A DNA stretch of 64,000 nt from Acidimicrobiia bacterium (GTDB taxonomy: Bacteria; Actinomycetota; Acidimicrobiia; Spongiisociales; ZC4RG35): assembly GCA_025928935.1 (NCBI GenBank), contig JAICNB010000008.1:2456-66455 (forward strand). Direction: 5' to 3'. Position 1 is the stretch's first letter; every line of letters starts with the position of its first letter. The notes beneath the pieces were generated by a model. It was not told the DNA's origin. It worked only from the letters and a program-made list of their open reading frames with translations, and searched no databases. This document shows, one piece after another, positions 9,339 to 18,890 of this stretch. Both the position numbers and the translations under genes were made by a program.

Positions 9339-11627
9339 ATGCCCAAGGTGTCACGGTGGCGCCTCTTGTGGACTGTGGTCTCGATCGGCGCTGCCGTATA
9401 CGTAGTCCTGAACAACCCGGTCAACCTCGGTCTCGACCTCCGCGGGGGGACCCAGGTCGTCCTCGAGGCCCAGGACACCGCCGACGTCACTGTCGATAGC
9501 GACGTGACCGCCCGCACCCTGGAGGTGCTGCGCCGTCGTGTCGACGCCTTCGGGGTGGCCGAGCCGACTCTTCAAGCGTCCGGCGACCGCCGGATCATCA
9601 TCGAGATGCCCGGTGTCGACGACCCGGACGCGGCTCTGGAGGTCATCGGCCGCACAGCCCAGCTCACGTTCCATCCAGTGCTGGAGTCGGTGCCCACCGG
9701 CACAGACCCTCAGATCCAGGACGCGGTGGTCCTCCCCGGAGAGCCTGGAGAGGACCTGGTCCTGGGGCCGACCGCGGTCAGTGGGGACCAGGTTGAGAGC
9801 GCAGCCGCCATCTTCGACACCCAGGGCTCCGGCCTGTGGGCCGTCTCGATCAACTTCCTACCCGAGGGCGAACAACAGTGGGCCGAGCTCACGGCGGCCG
9901 CCGCCTGTGCGCCGCCCGGCGACCCGACACGAAGGATCGCCATCGTCCTCGACGAGAGCGTCCTGTCCAGCCCGGGCGTTGCCACCTCGGTGCAATGCAA
10001 CGTGGGTATCACCGGCGGGGAGACCCTGATCACAGGCAACTTCGACGAGGAGAGCGCCGGCGAGCTTGCCCTGCTCATCCGCGCCGGCGCCCTCCCGGTG
10101 CCGGTCGAAGTGGTCGAGCAGGGCACCGTCGGGCCGTCACTGGGCGAGGCCGCCATCGAGGCGAGCCTGCAGGCGGCATTGATCGGCGCCGGCCTGACCA
10201 TCCTCTACATGATCGCCTACTACCGGCTCATCGGCGTGGTGGCGGCGGTGTCTCTGGTCGTCTATGGGCTGCTCTCGTATGCGGTTCTGCTCTGGCTGGG
10301 AGCCACGCTGACCCTGCCCGGGATCGCCGGATTCATCCTCGCCATCGGAATGGCGGTCGACGCCAACGTCCTCGTCTACGAACGAGCGAAGGAGGAGTAC
10401 CAGGTCGAATCGTCGATAGGCGGGGCGCTCGCCGCAGGGTTCCAACGCGCCTGGAGCGCGATCGCAGACGCCAACGTCACCACCCTGCTCGCCGCCGTGC
10501 TCCTCTTCTTCTTCGCCGCCGGGGCGGTGCGAGGATTCGGTGTGACCCTGACCATCGGGGTCCTGGTCTCGATGTTCTCGGCTCTCGTTGTGACACGGGT
10601 CTTGTTGGAGCTGCTCATGCAGGTCAAGTACCTGGAGGAACGGCCAGGGCTGATGGGCATGAACGTCGGCCGCCGTCTCCAGGAATGGCTGAAGACCTCG
10701 GGACCGAACCTGTTCGCCAAACCGAACCGTTGGCTGGTCATCTCAGGCGTCCTGATCGCGGTAGCCCTGGCCGGCATCGTCGTCCGCGGCCTGAGTTACG
10801 GGATCGAGTTCCAGGGAGGCCGACTGATCGAGTTCTCCACCACCGAGCCGGTCGATATCGAGCAGCTCAGGCAGGATCTGGCCGACCAAGGGCTCTCCCG
10901 TTCCCTCATCCAGGAGACCGGTGAGGGCAACATCGTGATCCGATCGGAGGAGCTGGACCCGGCCCAGGAGGAGGTGCTCCAGGAAACCGTTGCTGCCATG
11001 GGCGGAGACGTGGCAGTGGTCAGGGAGCAGTTCGTGGGGCCGACCCTCGGCGACGAAATCCGCAATCGAGCGCTCATCGGACTGGGCCTGGCCCTTCTGG
11101 TGCAGCTGATCTATCTGGCCATCAGGTTCAGGTGGACCATCGGCGCCGCGGCGGTGGTTTCGATGTTCCACGACGTGATCATCGTGATCGGCCTGTTCGC
11201 GTGGCTGGGCAAGACACTCGACGGTGTGTTCCTCGCCGCCCTGCTGACCATCATCGGTTACTCGATCAACGACTCGGTGGTCATCTTCGACCGAATCCGG
11301 GAGCGCCAGGCGGAGCGCCCGGGGGAGCCGTTGGGCCCGATAGCCAACGAGGCATGCCTGCAGACGGTGCCGAGGACGATCAACACGGGTCTCGGGGCGA
11401 TCCTCATCCTGGTCTCACTCTTCGTGCTGGGTGGTGACACTCTCTCCGATTTCGCACTCGCCCTCCTGGCCGGGATCTTGATCGGCACCTACTCCTCGGT
11501 GTTCACCGCCTCTCCCCTGGCGATCGTGCTGGAGGACCGCTACCCGCGATCGATCCCCGAGCCGGATCCGAGCGCGCGGAAGCGACACCAGAAGCAGAAG
11601 ACAGGCCCGAAACGGATCTTCGAATAG
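9339..11627 (+). CDS. secDF: fused protein translocase subunit SecDF
   Basis: LGLDLRGG, RRVDAFGVAEP, GMAVDANV (SecD) and GIEFQGG, FHD, GYSINDSVVIFDRIRE, GTYSS (SecF) in one ORF. Confidence 0.95.
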   Translation: MPKVSRWRLLWTVVSIGAAVYVVLNNPVNLGLDLRGGTQVVLEAQDTADVTVDSDVTARTLEVLRRRVDAFGVAEPTLQASGDRRIIIEMPGVDDPDAALEVIGRTAQLTFHPVLESVPTGTDPQIQDAVVLPGEPGEDLVLGPTAVSGDQVESAAAIFDTQGSGLWAVSINFLPEGEQQWAELTAAAACAPPGDPTRRIAIVLDESVLSSPGVATSVQCNVGITGGETLITGNFDEESAGELALLIRAGALPVPVEVVEQGTVGPSLGEAAIEASLQAALIGAGLTILYMIAYYRLIGVVAAVSLVVYGLLSYAVLLWLGATLTLPGIAGFILAIGMAVDANVLVYERAKEEYQVESSIGGALAAGFQRAWSAIADANVTTLLAAVLLFFFAAGAVRGFGVTLTIGVLVSMFSALVVTRVLLELLMQVKYLEERPGLMGMNVGRRLQEWLKTSGPNLFAKPNRWLVISGVLIAVALAGIVVRGLSYGIEFQGGRLIEFSTTEPVDIEQLRQDLADQGLSRSLIQETGEGNIVIRSEELDPAQEEVLQETVAAMGGDVAVVREQFVGPTLGDEIRNRALIGLGLALLVQLIYLAIRFRWTIGAAAVVSMFHDVIIVIGLFAWLGKTLDGVFLAALLTIIGYSINDSVVIFDRIRERQAERPGEPLGPIANEACLQTVPRTINTGLGAILILVSLFVLGGDTLSDFALALLAGILIGTYSSVFTASPLAIVLEDRYPRSIPEPDPSARKRHQKQKTGPKRIFE

Positions 11628-11630
11628 CCG

Positions 11631-11677
11631 TTCTGTGCGGATTCGCGCGTCGGGACGCGCGATAGACCCGCACAGAA
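11631..11677. terminator. long imperfect hairpin between convergent secDF and nfo (bidirectional terminator or REP-like element)
   Basis: TTCTGTGCGG/CCGCACAGAA outer stem plus TCGCGCGTC/GACGCGCGA inner stem. Confidence 0.65.
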
Positions 11678-11682
11678 TGATC

Positions 11683-12447
11683 TCAGGTCAGCACCCGTCG
11701 CACCCACTCGATGTCGGCGGACTGCTCGTCGACACCGCCCGGGGTCTCGACGGCCACGGGGGCATCGGCCTCGATGATCATCCGTGCCATCTCGTCGGGC
11801 GGTATCTGGCCCATCCCAAGGTTCTCATGACGGTCGCGGCGTGAGTCGAATGAGTCCTTCGAGTCGTTGACCTGGACCAGGTCGATCCGCCCCGTAGCCG
11901 TCATGATCCGGGGAACCACCTCGTCGAGAGGCTCTCCCCCCGCCCAGAGGTGACAGGTGTCGAGCACGAAGCCGACGTCGTAGCTCCCGATCTCCTCGAA
12001 GAGACGGGCGATCCACTCCACCCGCCGCGCCACCGCCTTGTCGCCGCCGGCGGTGTTCTCTATGAGGATGGGGACTTCCGTCTCCACAGCCTCGAGGGCC
12101 TTTCGCCACCGGTCGATTCCCTCTTGCTGGGGGCCATCGCCGGTCACGTGGCCCCCGTGGACGATCACGCCGAGCGCTCCGACATCGGCGGCCGCGTCGC
12201 AGGTGTCCTGGAGGATCTTCCGTGAGGGGATCCGAATCCGGTTGTTGTCGGCGCAGACGTTGATCAGATAAGGGGCGTGGACGTAGACCGGTATCGGCGA
12301 GTTGCGCAGCGCCTCGGCATCCGGGTGCGGCGGCGGCTTTTTCCAGGACTGGGGGTCAGACAGGAAGATCTGGACCAGGTCGGCCTGGCGCTCCGCCGCC
12401 TCCTCCAGCGGGTGGATCGAGGGCACATGAGCACCGACTGGGATCAC
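11683..12447 (-). CDS. nfo: endonuclease IV (AP endonuclease)
   Basis: HAPYLIN, VHGG, ENTAG, DTCH, NDS, DRH, ETP metal-ligand motifs. Confidence 0.92.
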   Translation of the reverse strand: MIPVGAHVPSIHPLEEAAERQADLVQIFLSDPQSWKKPPPHPDAEALRNSPIPVYVHAPYLINVCADNNRIRIPSRKILQDTCDAAADVGALGVIVHGGHVTGDGPQQEGIDRWRKALEAVETEVPILIENTAGGDKAVARRVEWIARLFEEIGSYDVGFVLDTCHLWAGGEPLDEVVPRIMTATGRIDLVQVNDSKDSFDSRRDRHENLGMGQIPPDEMARMIIEADAPVAVETPGGVDEQSADIEWVRRVLT

Positions 12448-13031
12448 GACTGGTCCGGGACTCGAACAGTGTGCGCCCGGGCCGTCCGTGTCGCTGCGTC
12501 CACCGCATACTGCCCGATCTGGTCGGCTGCCTGCGCCGGAGCGATGGACCAGTCCTGGGCGAGCATGCCGAGCACCCTCGGCTCCAGCCAGCGCGCCCCC
12601 CAGGGATGCTCAGGGAGGTCCCCCCGGGTGGACAGTTCGATTCGCAAGAGGATCAGAACGTCACCCTCGTCCATGATCTCCCCGGGGCCGATGTCGAGGA
12701 TGTTGCCCCAGGGGACCAGATCCGGTTTCCGCAAGGGCCCGCGCAGCCTGATCTGCAGCCCATCGTCTTTCGCCTCGATGACCTTGGTGGGCCGGAACAG
12801 CTCCTTGAGGCCCCAGAGGACGATGAATGCCGAGAAGAGGAGGATCGCCCAGGCCCAGATGACGTCACGTGGCTCGTAGATCTGTGTGTCCTCCGGAGTG
12901 AAGATGAGCTCGCGGAGCCAGTTCGTGATGCGGCGGCTGGTGAGGACGTCGACCGCAATCACCAGGAGGGGTATGCCGCCCAAGGCCAGCAGCCACATCT
13001 TGACCGCCGAGCGTTGGACGACGACCTTCAT
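12444..13031 (-). CDS. hypothetical membrane protein (2 TM plus possible bacterial PH-like domain)
   Basis: ATG 13031 overlaps the pyrE stop and its own stop overlaps the nfo start; two hydrophobic segments, then a DGLQIR...VPWGNI pattern. Confidence 0.7.
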   Translation of the reverse strand: MKVVVQRSAVKMWLLALGGIPLLVIAVDVLTSRRITNWLRELIFTPEDTQIYEPRDVIWAWAILLFSAFIVLWGLKELFRPTKVIEAKDDGLQIRLRGPLRKPDLVPWGNILDIGPGEIMDEGDVLILLRIELSTRGDLPEHPWGARWLEPRVLGMLAQDWSIAPAQAADQIGQYAVDAATRTARAHTVRVPDQS

Positions 13032-13573
13032 CTCTTGACGCCGAGGTCCTTCGGTGACACCAGGGCGACGTAGGGGATCGACTGCTCCTCGAATGCATCG
13101 GCTGCCCGGCCATCGGACCGATCGACCAAGGCGATGGCCTGGATGACACGGAGGCCGGCGGCAGTGGCGGCCTCGGCCGCGTCGAGCGCCGCGCCCCCGG
13201 TGGTGGTCGTGTCCTCCAGGATGGCAACGGGCATACCCGCCTTGACCGGCCCGACCACCCGGCCGGTGACGCCATATTGCTTGGTCGTCTTCCGGATCGA
13301 GAAAGCGTTGATCTCCCGCCCCCGTGAGCTGGCGACCACTGCGACGGCGAGAGCGATCGGATCGGCGCCCATGGTCATCCCACCCACGGCCATCACGTCG
13401 GGATCGAGGACTTCCAGGACGGCATTCCCCACGATCGGGGCCCCTTTGCCGCTGAAGGTGGTCTGACGTGCGTCGAGGTACCAATCGGAGCGGAGCCCTG
13501 AGCGCAGCGTGTAAGGCCCGTCGGTGAAGACCGCGTGGTGACGCAGATGATCGATCAGGGCTTGACGGGACAC
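13028..13573 (-). CDS. pyrE: orotate phosphoribosyltransferase
   Basis: TLRSGLRSDWYLD, GGMTMGADP, IRK, PRPP motif ILEDTTTTGG, LVDR. Confidence 0.93.
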   Translation of the reverse strand: MSRQALIDHLRHHAVFTDGPYTLRSGLRSDWYLDARQTTFSGKGAPIVGNAVLEVLDPDVMAVGGMTMGADPIALAVAVVASSRGREINAFSIRKTTKQYGVTGRVVGPVKAGMPVAILEDTTTTGGAALDAAEAATAAGLRVIQAIALVDRSDGRAADAFEEQSIPYVALVSPKDLGVKR

Positions 13574-13638
13574 GGCGCGCAATCGTATTACCCCTCGACA
13601 GGTATGAGCCATCGGTCGGGCACCGTTACCGTTTGCCC

Positions 13639-14325
13639 ATGGAGCTGTACCTGGTGCGTCACGGCCAGCCCGACTGGACTCCCGGGCAGGTCGCCCGCAA
13701 CGACCCCGACCTCACCGTGCTCGGTCATGAGCAGGCAAAACGGGCGGCACACCGCATCGCCCACCTTGGGGGCTTCGATGAGGTCTGGGTCTCCTCCATG
13801 GCACGGGCCCGCCAGACCTCGGATCCGATCGCTTCGGAGCTGGGAACACGTCCCGAGTTCTACGGATGGCTGCGCGAGATCCAAAATCCTCCCGAGTGGG
13901 AGGGCTCGCCGGCCGAGGAGATCGAGAAGGCGCTGGGTGACGCCCACTTCCGCACCATGGAGGAGATGTGGGACGGGTTGCCCGGGGGCGAGTCGTTTCG
14001 TGTCTTTCACCGAAGGGTCGTCGACGGGCTGGAGGAGACTCTGGCCGCGCACGGGATCAGGCCAATGCACGAGCAGCACCGGCACCTGTGGGACGTCGAG
14101 GACCCGGGGATGAGAGTCTTGATCGTGGCCCATGCCGGGACCAACGCCGTGGTTCTCGGCCGTCTCCTCGGCCTCGAGCCCGTCCCCTGGGAGTGGGATC
14201 GGTTCCGTCAACCCCACACCGGCGTGTCCCGTCTGACCATGGACCGGATCAGCACCGGCTGGGGGTTCTCCCTGCGTCAGTTGGGCGATGTGAGCCATCT
14301 CGATGAGGAGATGGTCACCGAGTGA
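13639..14325 (+). CDS. histidine phosphatase (phosphoglycerate mutase superfamily)
   Basis: LYLVRHG, SSMARARQT, LRE, PGGES, VAHAG; TACCGT-N6-ATG. Confidence 0.9.
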   Translation: MELYLVRHGQPDWTPGQVARNDPDLTVLGHEQAKRAAHRIAHLGGFDEVWVSSMARARQTSDPIASELGTRPEFYGWLREIQNPPEWEGSPAEEIEKALGDAHFRTMEEMWDGLPGGESFRVFHRRVVDGLEETLAAHGIRPMHEQHRHLWDVEDPGMRVLIVAHAGTNAVVLGRLLGLEPVPWEWDRFRQPHTGVSRLTMDRISTGWGFSLRQLGDVSHLDEEMVTE

Positions 14326-14704
14326 GCGTGCCGAGGTGAGGTCACGAGAGCTCGACGACTACTTCGACGGACGGCCAGAGTCGAGAGAGATCTTCGACAC
14401 CCTCGCCGAGCGGATCAACGCCCTGGGTGAGGCGAAGATGACGATTGGCTCACAGATCAGCTTCGGGAGGCGGCGGAAGTTCGCCTGGTTCTGGCTCTAC
14501 AACGTCACGAAGAGGAATCCAGATGGCGTGCCACACCTCATGCTCGCCCTCGACCACGAGCGAAAGAGCGAGCACGTTCGAGACGTCAGCCAGGTCGGGG
14601 AAAGACGCTGGAATCATCAGATCGTCGTCAGGTCTGCAGCCGACGCCCGGAGCCGCTGGCTCGGCGAGCTCCTCGCTCTGGCCTACCGATACGGCGATGG
14701 ATAG
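14303..14704 (+). CDS. DUF5655-like hypothetical protein
   Basis: SQISFGRRRKFAW, RWNHQI, LLALAY pattern; start may be GTG 14336. Confidence 0.65.
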   Translation: MRRWSPSERAEVRSRELDDYFDGRPESREIFDTLAERINALGEAKMTIGSQISFGRRRKFAWFWLYNVTKRNPDGVPHLMLALDHERKSEHVRDVSQVGERRWNHQIVVRSAADARSRWLGELLALAYRYGDG

Positions 14705-14730
14705 GCAAAGGCCGGTGCGGGCGCCCGAGA

Positions 14731-15126
14731 TCAGACCCGGAACGGTGGTCGTTGCTTGCGATAGGAGTTCTTCTTCGTGATCTTGCCGTCATTCACGGTC
14801 AGGAAGTCGCAGCCGTTGACCTCAAGGCGCCGACCGTCGGACAGCGTCCCGGTCAGGGTCCATTCCGAGACGGCGTAGTCAGGGGCGATGATGCGGTGGC
14901 GCCCGTCGCCCCAGTGAGCGTCGGGCATGGTGGAGAACACGTCGGCAAAGGCCTGCTCGACCTGCGCCCGGCCTTCGTACCGATTGCCCCAGACCTGTTC
15001 CCCACCCGATGACTCGAACACACAGTCGTCGGCGAAAAGGCTCATCAGGCCGTCGAGATCGTGGCGATTCCACGCCTCGATATGCCTGACCAGAAGGTCG
15101 TTCAGGTCCGTGTCGGTTCCCACCAC
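14731..15126 (-). CDS. SnoaL-like / NTF2 family protein
   Basis: AWNRHDLDGLMSLFADDCVF, SEWTLTGT, GCDF, KNSYRK. Confidence 0.85.
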   Translation of the reverse strand: MVGTDTDLNDLLVRHIEAWNRHDLDGLMSLFADDCVFESSGGEQVWGNRYEGRAQVEQAFADVFSTMPDAHWGDGRHRIIAPDYAVSEWTLTGTLSDGRRLEVNGCDFLTVNDGKITKKNSYRKQRPPFRV

Positions 15127-15153
15127 GTTGTCTCCTCCTCTATTGCCGGGGCT

Positions 15154-15699
15154 TCAAGGCCCGGACGTCGGCTCCAGGACCACGACCGCGGTCTCCCCGG
15201 ATCGGAGCGCGGCGTAGCCGTCCAGGTTGGTGTCGATTTGGCGCCATCGGGCCCAGAGACGGGACCGCTCCTCGCCGTCGGCCGCCCGGCCCCTGACCTC
15301 CCGTCGGTTCCCCGGGATCTCGACGGTCGCCTCGGGAGTGGCTTGGAGGTTGAGCCACCAGGCAGGCTCTGGGTCGGCCCACCCATTCATCGCCATGGTG
15401 ACCAGGTTCGGGCCGTCTTCGAAGTAGCCCAGGATCACGCTCCGCTCCTGACCGCTGCGACGACCGATGGTGGTGAGACGCATCATCCCGTATCGGTCCC
15501 TCTTGGGGCGTCGCAAGCCGAAACGCCCACCCGTCACCCGGTACAGCCCGCGGTGGATCGACCAAGCGGAGCGCACGAACCATCTCGGGGGGACCCGCGC
15601 TGCGTTGTCGGGATGATCTGGCAACGGGATCGGCTCCATGGGCTGGTCGGTCCAGGCTATTACGGCCCGCAGACGACGTGAGGCGTCGACCGACGCCAC
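15154..15699 (-). CDS. F420H2-dependent nitroreductase/quinone reductase (DDN family)
   Basis: LTTIGRRSGQER, NGWADPEPAWWLNLQATP, ERSRLW, VVVLEP; start uncertain. Confidence 0.85.
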   Translation of the reverse strand: MASVDASRRLRAVIAWTDQPMEPIPLPDHPDNAARVPPRWFVRSAWSIHRGLYRVTGGRFGLRRPKRDRYGMMRLTTIGRRSGQERSVILGYFEDGPNLVTMAMNGWADPEPAWWLNLQATPEATVEIPGNRREVRGRAADGEERSRLWARWRQIDTNLDGYAALRSGETAVVVLEPTSGP

Positions 15700-15789
15700 G
15701 GACGGTGGCTCCAGTGACCCGGGACGAAGTCGTCGACCATGATCGGGCGAGAGCCCGATACGAGAAGCGGTCCCGAGGAGACGAGCCGC

Positions 15790-16557
15790 CTACTTCCCGA
15801 AGCGACGGTCTCGACTCGTGAAGTCGCGCAGGGCGCGCAGGAAGTCGACCCGGCGAAACGCCGGCCAGTTCACATCGACGAACACGAACTCCGAATAGGC
15901 CGACTGCCAGAGCAGGAAGCCGGAGAGACGTGATTCTCCCGAGGTTCGGATCAACAGATCGGGATCGGGCAGGTCGGCGGAGTACATATGGGAAGCGAGT
16001 GAGTCCGCATCGATATGGGTCGCGATGTCGTCGGGATCGATGCCATCCGCGACCAGCTTGGCGACCAGGTCCTTGGCGGCATCGACGATCTCCTGTCGGC
16101 CCCCGTAGCCCATTGCGATGTTGAGACGCCGCGACCCGAACGGCTGGGCCTCCTCGGCCAACTTCGCCGCGGCCACCAACTCGTCGGGAAGGATGTCGAG
16201 GCTCCCGATGAACCTGATCCCCATGTCGTAGGTCTGGCAGAGCGCGGGTAGCCGACCGAACAGCTCCACCAGGACGTCGAAGTAGGGCTCGAGCTCCTCA
16301 CTGGGACGGGAAAGGTTCTCCCGGGACAGCACCCAGGCGCTGACCGCGGGGATCTCGAGATCGTGCGCCCACCCGAGGAACTCTTCGAAGCGCCTCATCC
16401 CCACCCGATAGCTGTCCGTGTAGGTAGGCAGCCGCTCCTCCCGGGCATGACGGCGATGCCCGTCGAGGACGATCCCTATGTGACGGGGCAGCCGGTCGCG
16501 GTCGAGACCGTTGACGAGGTTGTGCTCGTAGAGACGGTAGAGGACACCGAGCGCCAT
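15790..16557 (-). CDS. uppS: cis-isoprenyl (polyprenyl) diphosphate synthase, Rv1086-like
   Basis: HIGIVLDGHRR, SRENLSR, GYGGRQEI, PDPDLLIRTSGESRLSGFLLWQSAYSE, RRFG. Confidence 0.92.
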   Translation of the reverse strand: MALGVLYRLYEHNLVNGLDRDRLPRHIGIVLDGHRRHAREERLPTYTDSYRVGMRRFEEFLGWAHDLEIPAVSAWVLSRENLSRPSEELEPYFDVLVELFGRLPALCQTYDMGIRFIGSLDILPDELVAAAKLAEEAQPFGSRRLNIAMGYGGRQEIVDAAKDLVAKLVADGIDPDDIATHIDADSLASHMYSADLPDPDLLIRTSGESRLSGFLLWQSAYSEFVFVDVNWPAFRRVDFLRALRDFTSRDRRFGK

Positions 16558-16662
16558 GGAAGGAGGTAATGGTACCGATCAGATGGGACCAAACGGGCGA
16601 TCGGGCCTGGGCCGTTCGACCCCTTCCGACTAGAGCTCGGCAGTCGATACGCTCGTCACGAA

Positions 16663-17325
16663 ATGGAGAGGATCACCTTGGGGCGGATGCAGAACCCGAT
16701 TCGAGGGTTCCTCCATGGCTCCGCTGCGATCGCCGCCGTGGTCGGGCTGGTCTTGCTGATGGACAGGGCATGGGGCCGGGCCGAAGCCGTCGCCGGGGCT
16801 TTCGTATTCGGCGGCGCCCTCCTCCTCATGTTCACCGTTTCTTCGCTGTACCACTCGATCCCCTGGGGAGAGCGATGGAAGACGAGGCTGCAGCGAATCG
16901 ACCATTCGATGATCTATCTCGTCGTCGCCGGCACCTTCACCCCGATTGCGATCGCTTCTCTCCAGGGGATCGCACTCGCCGTGGCGCTGGGCGTCGTGTG
17001 GGGGATCGCCGTCACCGGGATACTGCTCAAGGCGCTGATGCCCCAGATCCGGACCCACCTATCGGTGACCCTGCAGATGGTCATGGGCTGGTCGGCGTTG
17101 ATCTGGGCACCTTGGATCTGGCGTGAGCTGGGCCCGAGGGCGTTCGCCCTGATCCTCCTCGGGGGCGCGTGCTACGTGATAGGCACGGTCATCTACGCCC
17201 TGCAACGCCCTCTCCTGTTCCCCAGGTCGTTCTCCAACCACGAGCTGTTCCACCTGCTGGTGATAGGCGGAAGTGCCTTCCACTTCTTCGCCATCCTCCT
17301 ATACGCCATCCCGGCGACGGTCTAG
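16663..17325 (+). CDS. hemolysin III / PAQR (TrhA) family membrane protein
   Basis: SSLYH, RIDHSMIYLVVAGTFTP, HELFH; divergent from uppS as in other actinobacteria. Confidence 0.92.
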   Translation: MERITLGRMQNPIRGFLHGSAAIAAVVGLVLLMDRAWGRAEAVAGAFVFGGALLLMFTVSSLYHSIPWGERWKTRLQRIDHSMIYLVVAGTFTPIAIASLQGIALAVALGVVWGIAVTGILLKALMPQIRTHLSVTLQMVMGWSALIWAPWIWRELGPRAFALILLGGACYVIGTVIYALQRPLLFPRSFSNHELFHLLVIGGSAFHFFAILLYAIPATV

Positions 17326-18773
17326 GGCCTGGGCAGGGTCGGGGTCTCGGCGCAGAGGGCTTCGATCTCATCGATCCCCTTCGGGACGGTCGTCGTCAGG
17401 TTCTCGTGGCCGTCGTCGGTGATCACGACGTCGTCTTCGATCCTGATACCGATCCCCAGGAACTCGGGTGGCACCACGTGGGTGATCTTCTCCGCCTGTT
17501 CCCTCGCCTCTGCCTCCTTGGCCATCGCCGCGGCTCTGCCCTCGACCAGCCGGCGTTGATTCCATTCGTCCTGGTCGTACTCGAGGAGGGTGAGCGTGAT
17601 CTCGCCCTTGTCGGGAGCGATGTACAGACCGGGCTCGACTGTGTGTGCCATCCCCGGTTCGAGTTTCCTGGGCACACCGTCCACCCGATAGGTGCCCATG
17701 TCGTGCACGTCGAGGCCGAGCCAGTGGCCGGTCCCGTGGAAGTAGAACTGGTTGTAATGATGCATCGCCAGGGACTCGTCCAAACCCTTGGGGAGGAGGC
17801 CGAGTGCGATCATGCCCTCGGTCAATACCCGGGTCGCCGCATCGTGGATCGCCCGCGGGCTCGAGCCCGGCACCGACATCTCGAGCCCTTTGTCGATGGC
17901 TGCAAGCACCACCTCATAGACGGCCCGCTGGGGCGCGGTGAAACTGCCATTGGCTGGAAAGGTCCGGGTGATGTCCGAGGAGTACCCGTCGAGCTCGGCC
18001 GCGGCGTCGATCAGGATGAGGTCACCATCCTCGATGAGCCGGTGGTTCTCGACGTAGTGGAGGATGCAGGCGTTTGGCCCGGAGGCGACGATCGATGGGT
18101 AGCCGTTGTGACGGGCGCCGGCCAACCGCCATCGGTACTCCAGGGCGGCCTGGACCTGATATTCGTATAAACCCGGCGCCGCAAAACGCATGGCCTCGGC
18201 GTGACCCAACGCCGACAACTCGCAAACCTCGCGAAGGGCATCGATCTCATCGTCGGTCTTGAACAGACGCATCTCCCCGAGGAGGACCGATACGTCACGG
18301 ACAGCCGAGGGAACTGCTCCCCCGTATCGTTCGCGGTGGTTGCGAGCCTTCGCCACGAGACTGCTGACCCGAGCATCGTGATGAGAGTTCCCCGTGCGAT
18401 ACCAGATGACCTCGCGCCCGATCATGTAGCGGCTGAGCACCTCATCGAGACTGGCTAGCTCGAAGGCCCGGTCTGCCCCAAACCGCTCCAGGGCACCCTC
18501 CGCCCCGGCTCGATAGCCATCCCACGCCTCCATCTCAGGGTCACGCGGCCTGACGAACAACGTGTACTCGCCCTCGGAATGACCCGGCGTGATCACGGCC
18601 AACGCCTCCGGCTCGGGGAACCCGGTCAGATAGAAGAAGTCGGGATCTTGATGGAACTCGTATTCGGTGTCGTGACTCCTGATCACCTCGACCGCGGCCG
18701 GGATGATGGCGATCGCGTCCTCACCTATCTCCTTGGCCAGCCGCGCCCGACGCTCGGCATAAGGATCCGACAT
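17322..18773 (-). CDS. pepP: Xaa-Pro aminopeptidase
   Basis: FHQDPDFFYLTGF, DAAAELDGYSSDITRTFP, HGTGHWLGLDVHD, TVEPG, GIRIEDD; TAGCGT-N7-ATG. Confidence 0.93.
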   Translation of the reverse strand: MSDPYAERRARLAKEIGEDAIAIIPAAVEVIRSHDTEYEFHQDPDFFYLTGFPEPEALAVITPGHSEGEYTLFVRPRDPEMEAWDGYRAGAEGALERFGADRAFELASLDEVLSRYMIGREVIWYRTGNSHHDARVSSLVAKARNHRERYGGAVPSAVRDVSVLLGEMRLFKTDDEIDALREVCELSALGHAEAMRFAAPGLYEYQVQAALEYRWRLAGARHNGYPSIVASGPNACILHYVENHRLIEDGDLILIDAAAELDGYSSDITRTFPANGSFTAPQRAVYEVVLAAIDKGLEMSVPGSSPRAIHDAATRVLTEGMIALGLLPKGLDESLAMHHYNQFYFHGTGHWLGLDVHDMGTYRVDGVPRKLEPGMAHTVEPGLYIAPDKGEITLTLLEYDQDEWNQRRLVEGRAAAMAKEAEAREQAEKITHVVPPEFLGIGIRIEDDVVITDDGHENLTTTVPKGIDEIEALCAETPTLPRP

Positions 18774-18793
18774 GCCGGCCACGCTACTTCCTT

Positions 18794-18852
18794 CCTCGAA
18801 ATTGGGAGCTTGCGTTACGCATACCGAGGCTCCCGATCCCGATTTCGAAGGG
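18794..18852. repeat. 59-bp imperfect palindrome, left copy
   Basis: CCTCGAAATTGGGAGC-N8-CGCATA-N13-TCCCGATTTCGAAGGG; the arms are reverse complements; direct repeat of 19797-19855. Confidence 0.85.
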
Positions 18853-18890
18853 GTTCCGTCCGATTGGCCGGCACAGTAGAAGGATCAGGG

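Noticed and set aside
15790-17325. uppS / hemolysin III divergon as a novelty or virulence factor
   Set aside because: Known conserved actinobacterial arrangement (Rv1085c/Rv1086); PAQR proteins are not evidence of haemolysis
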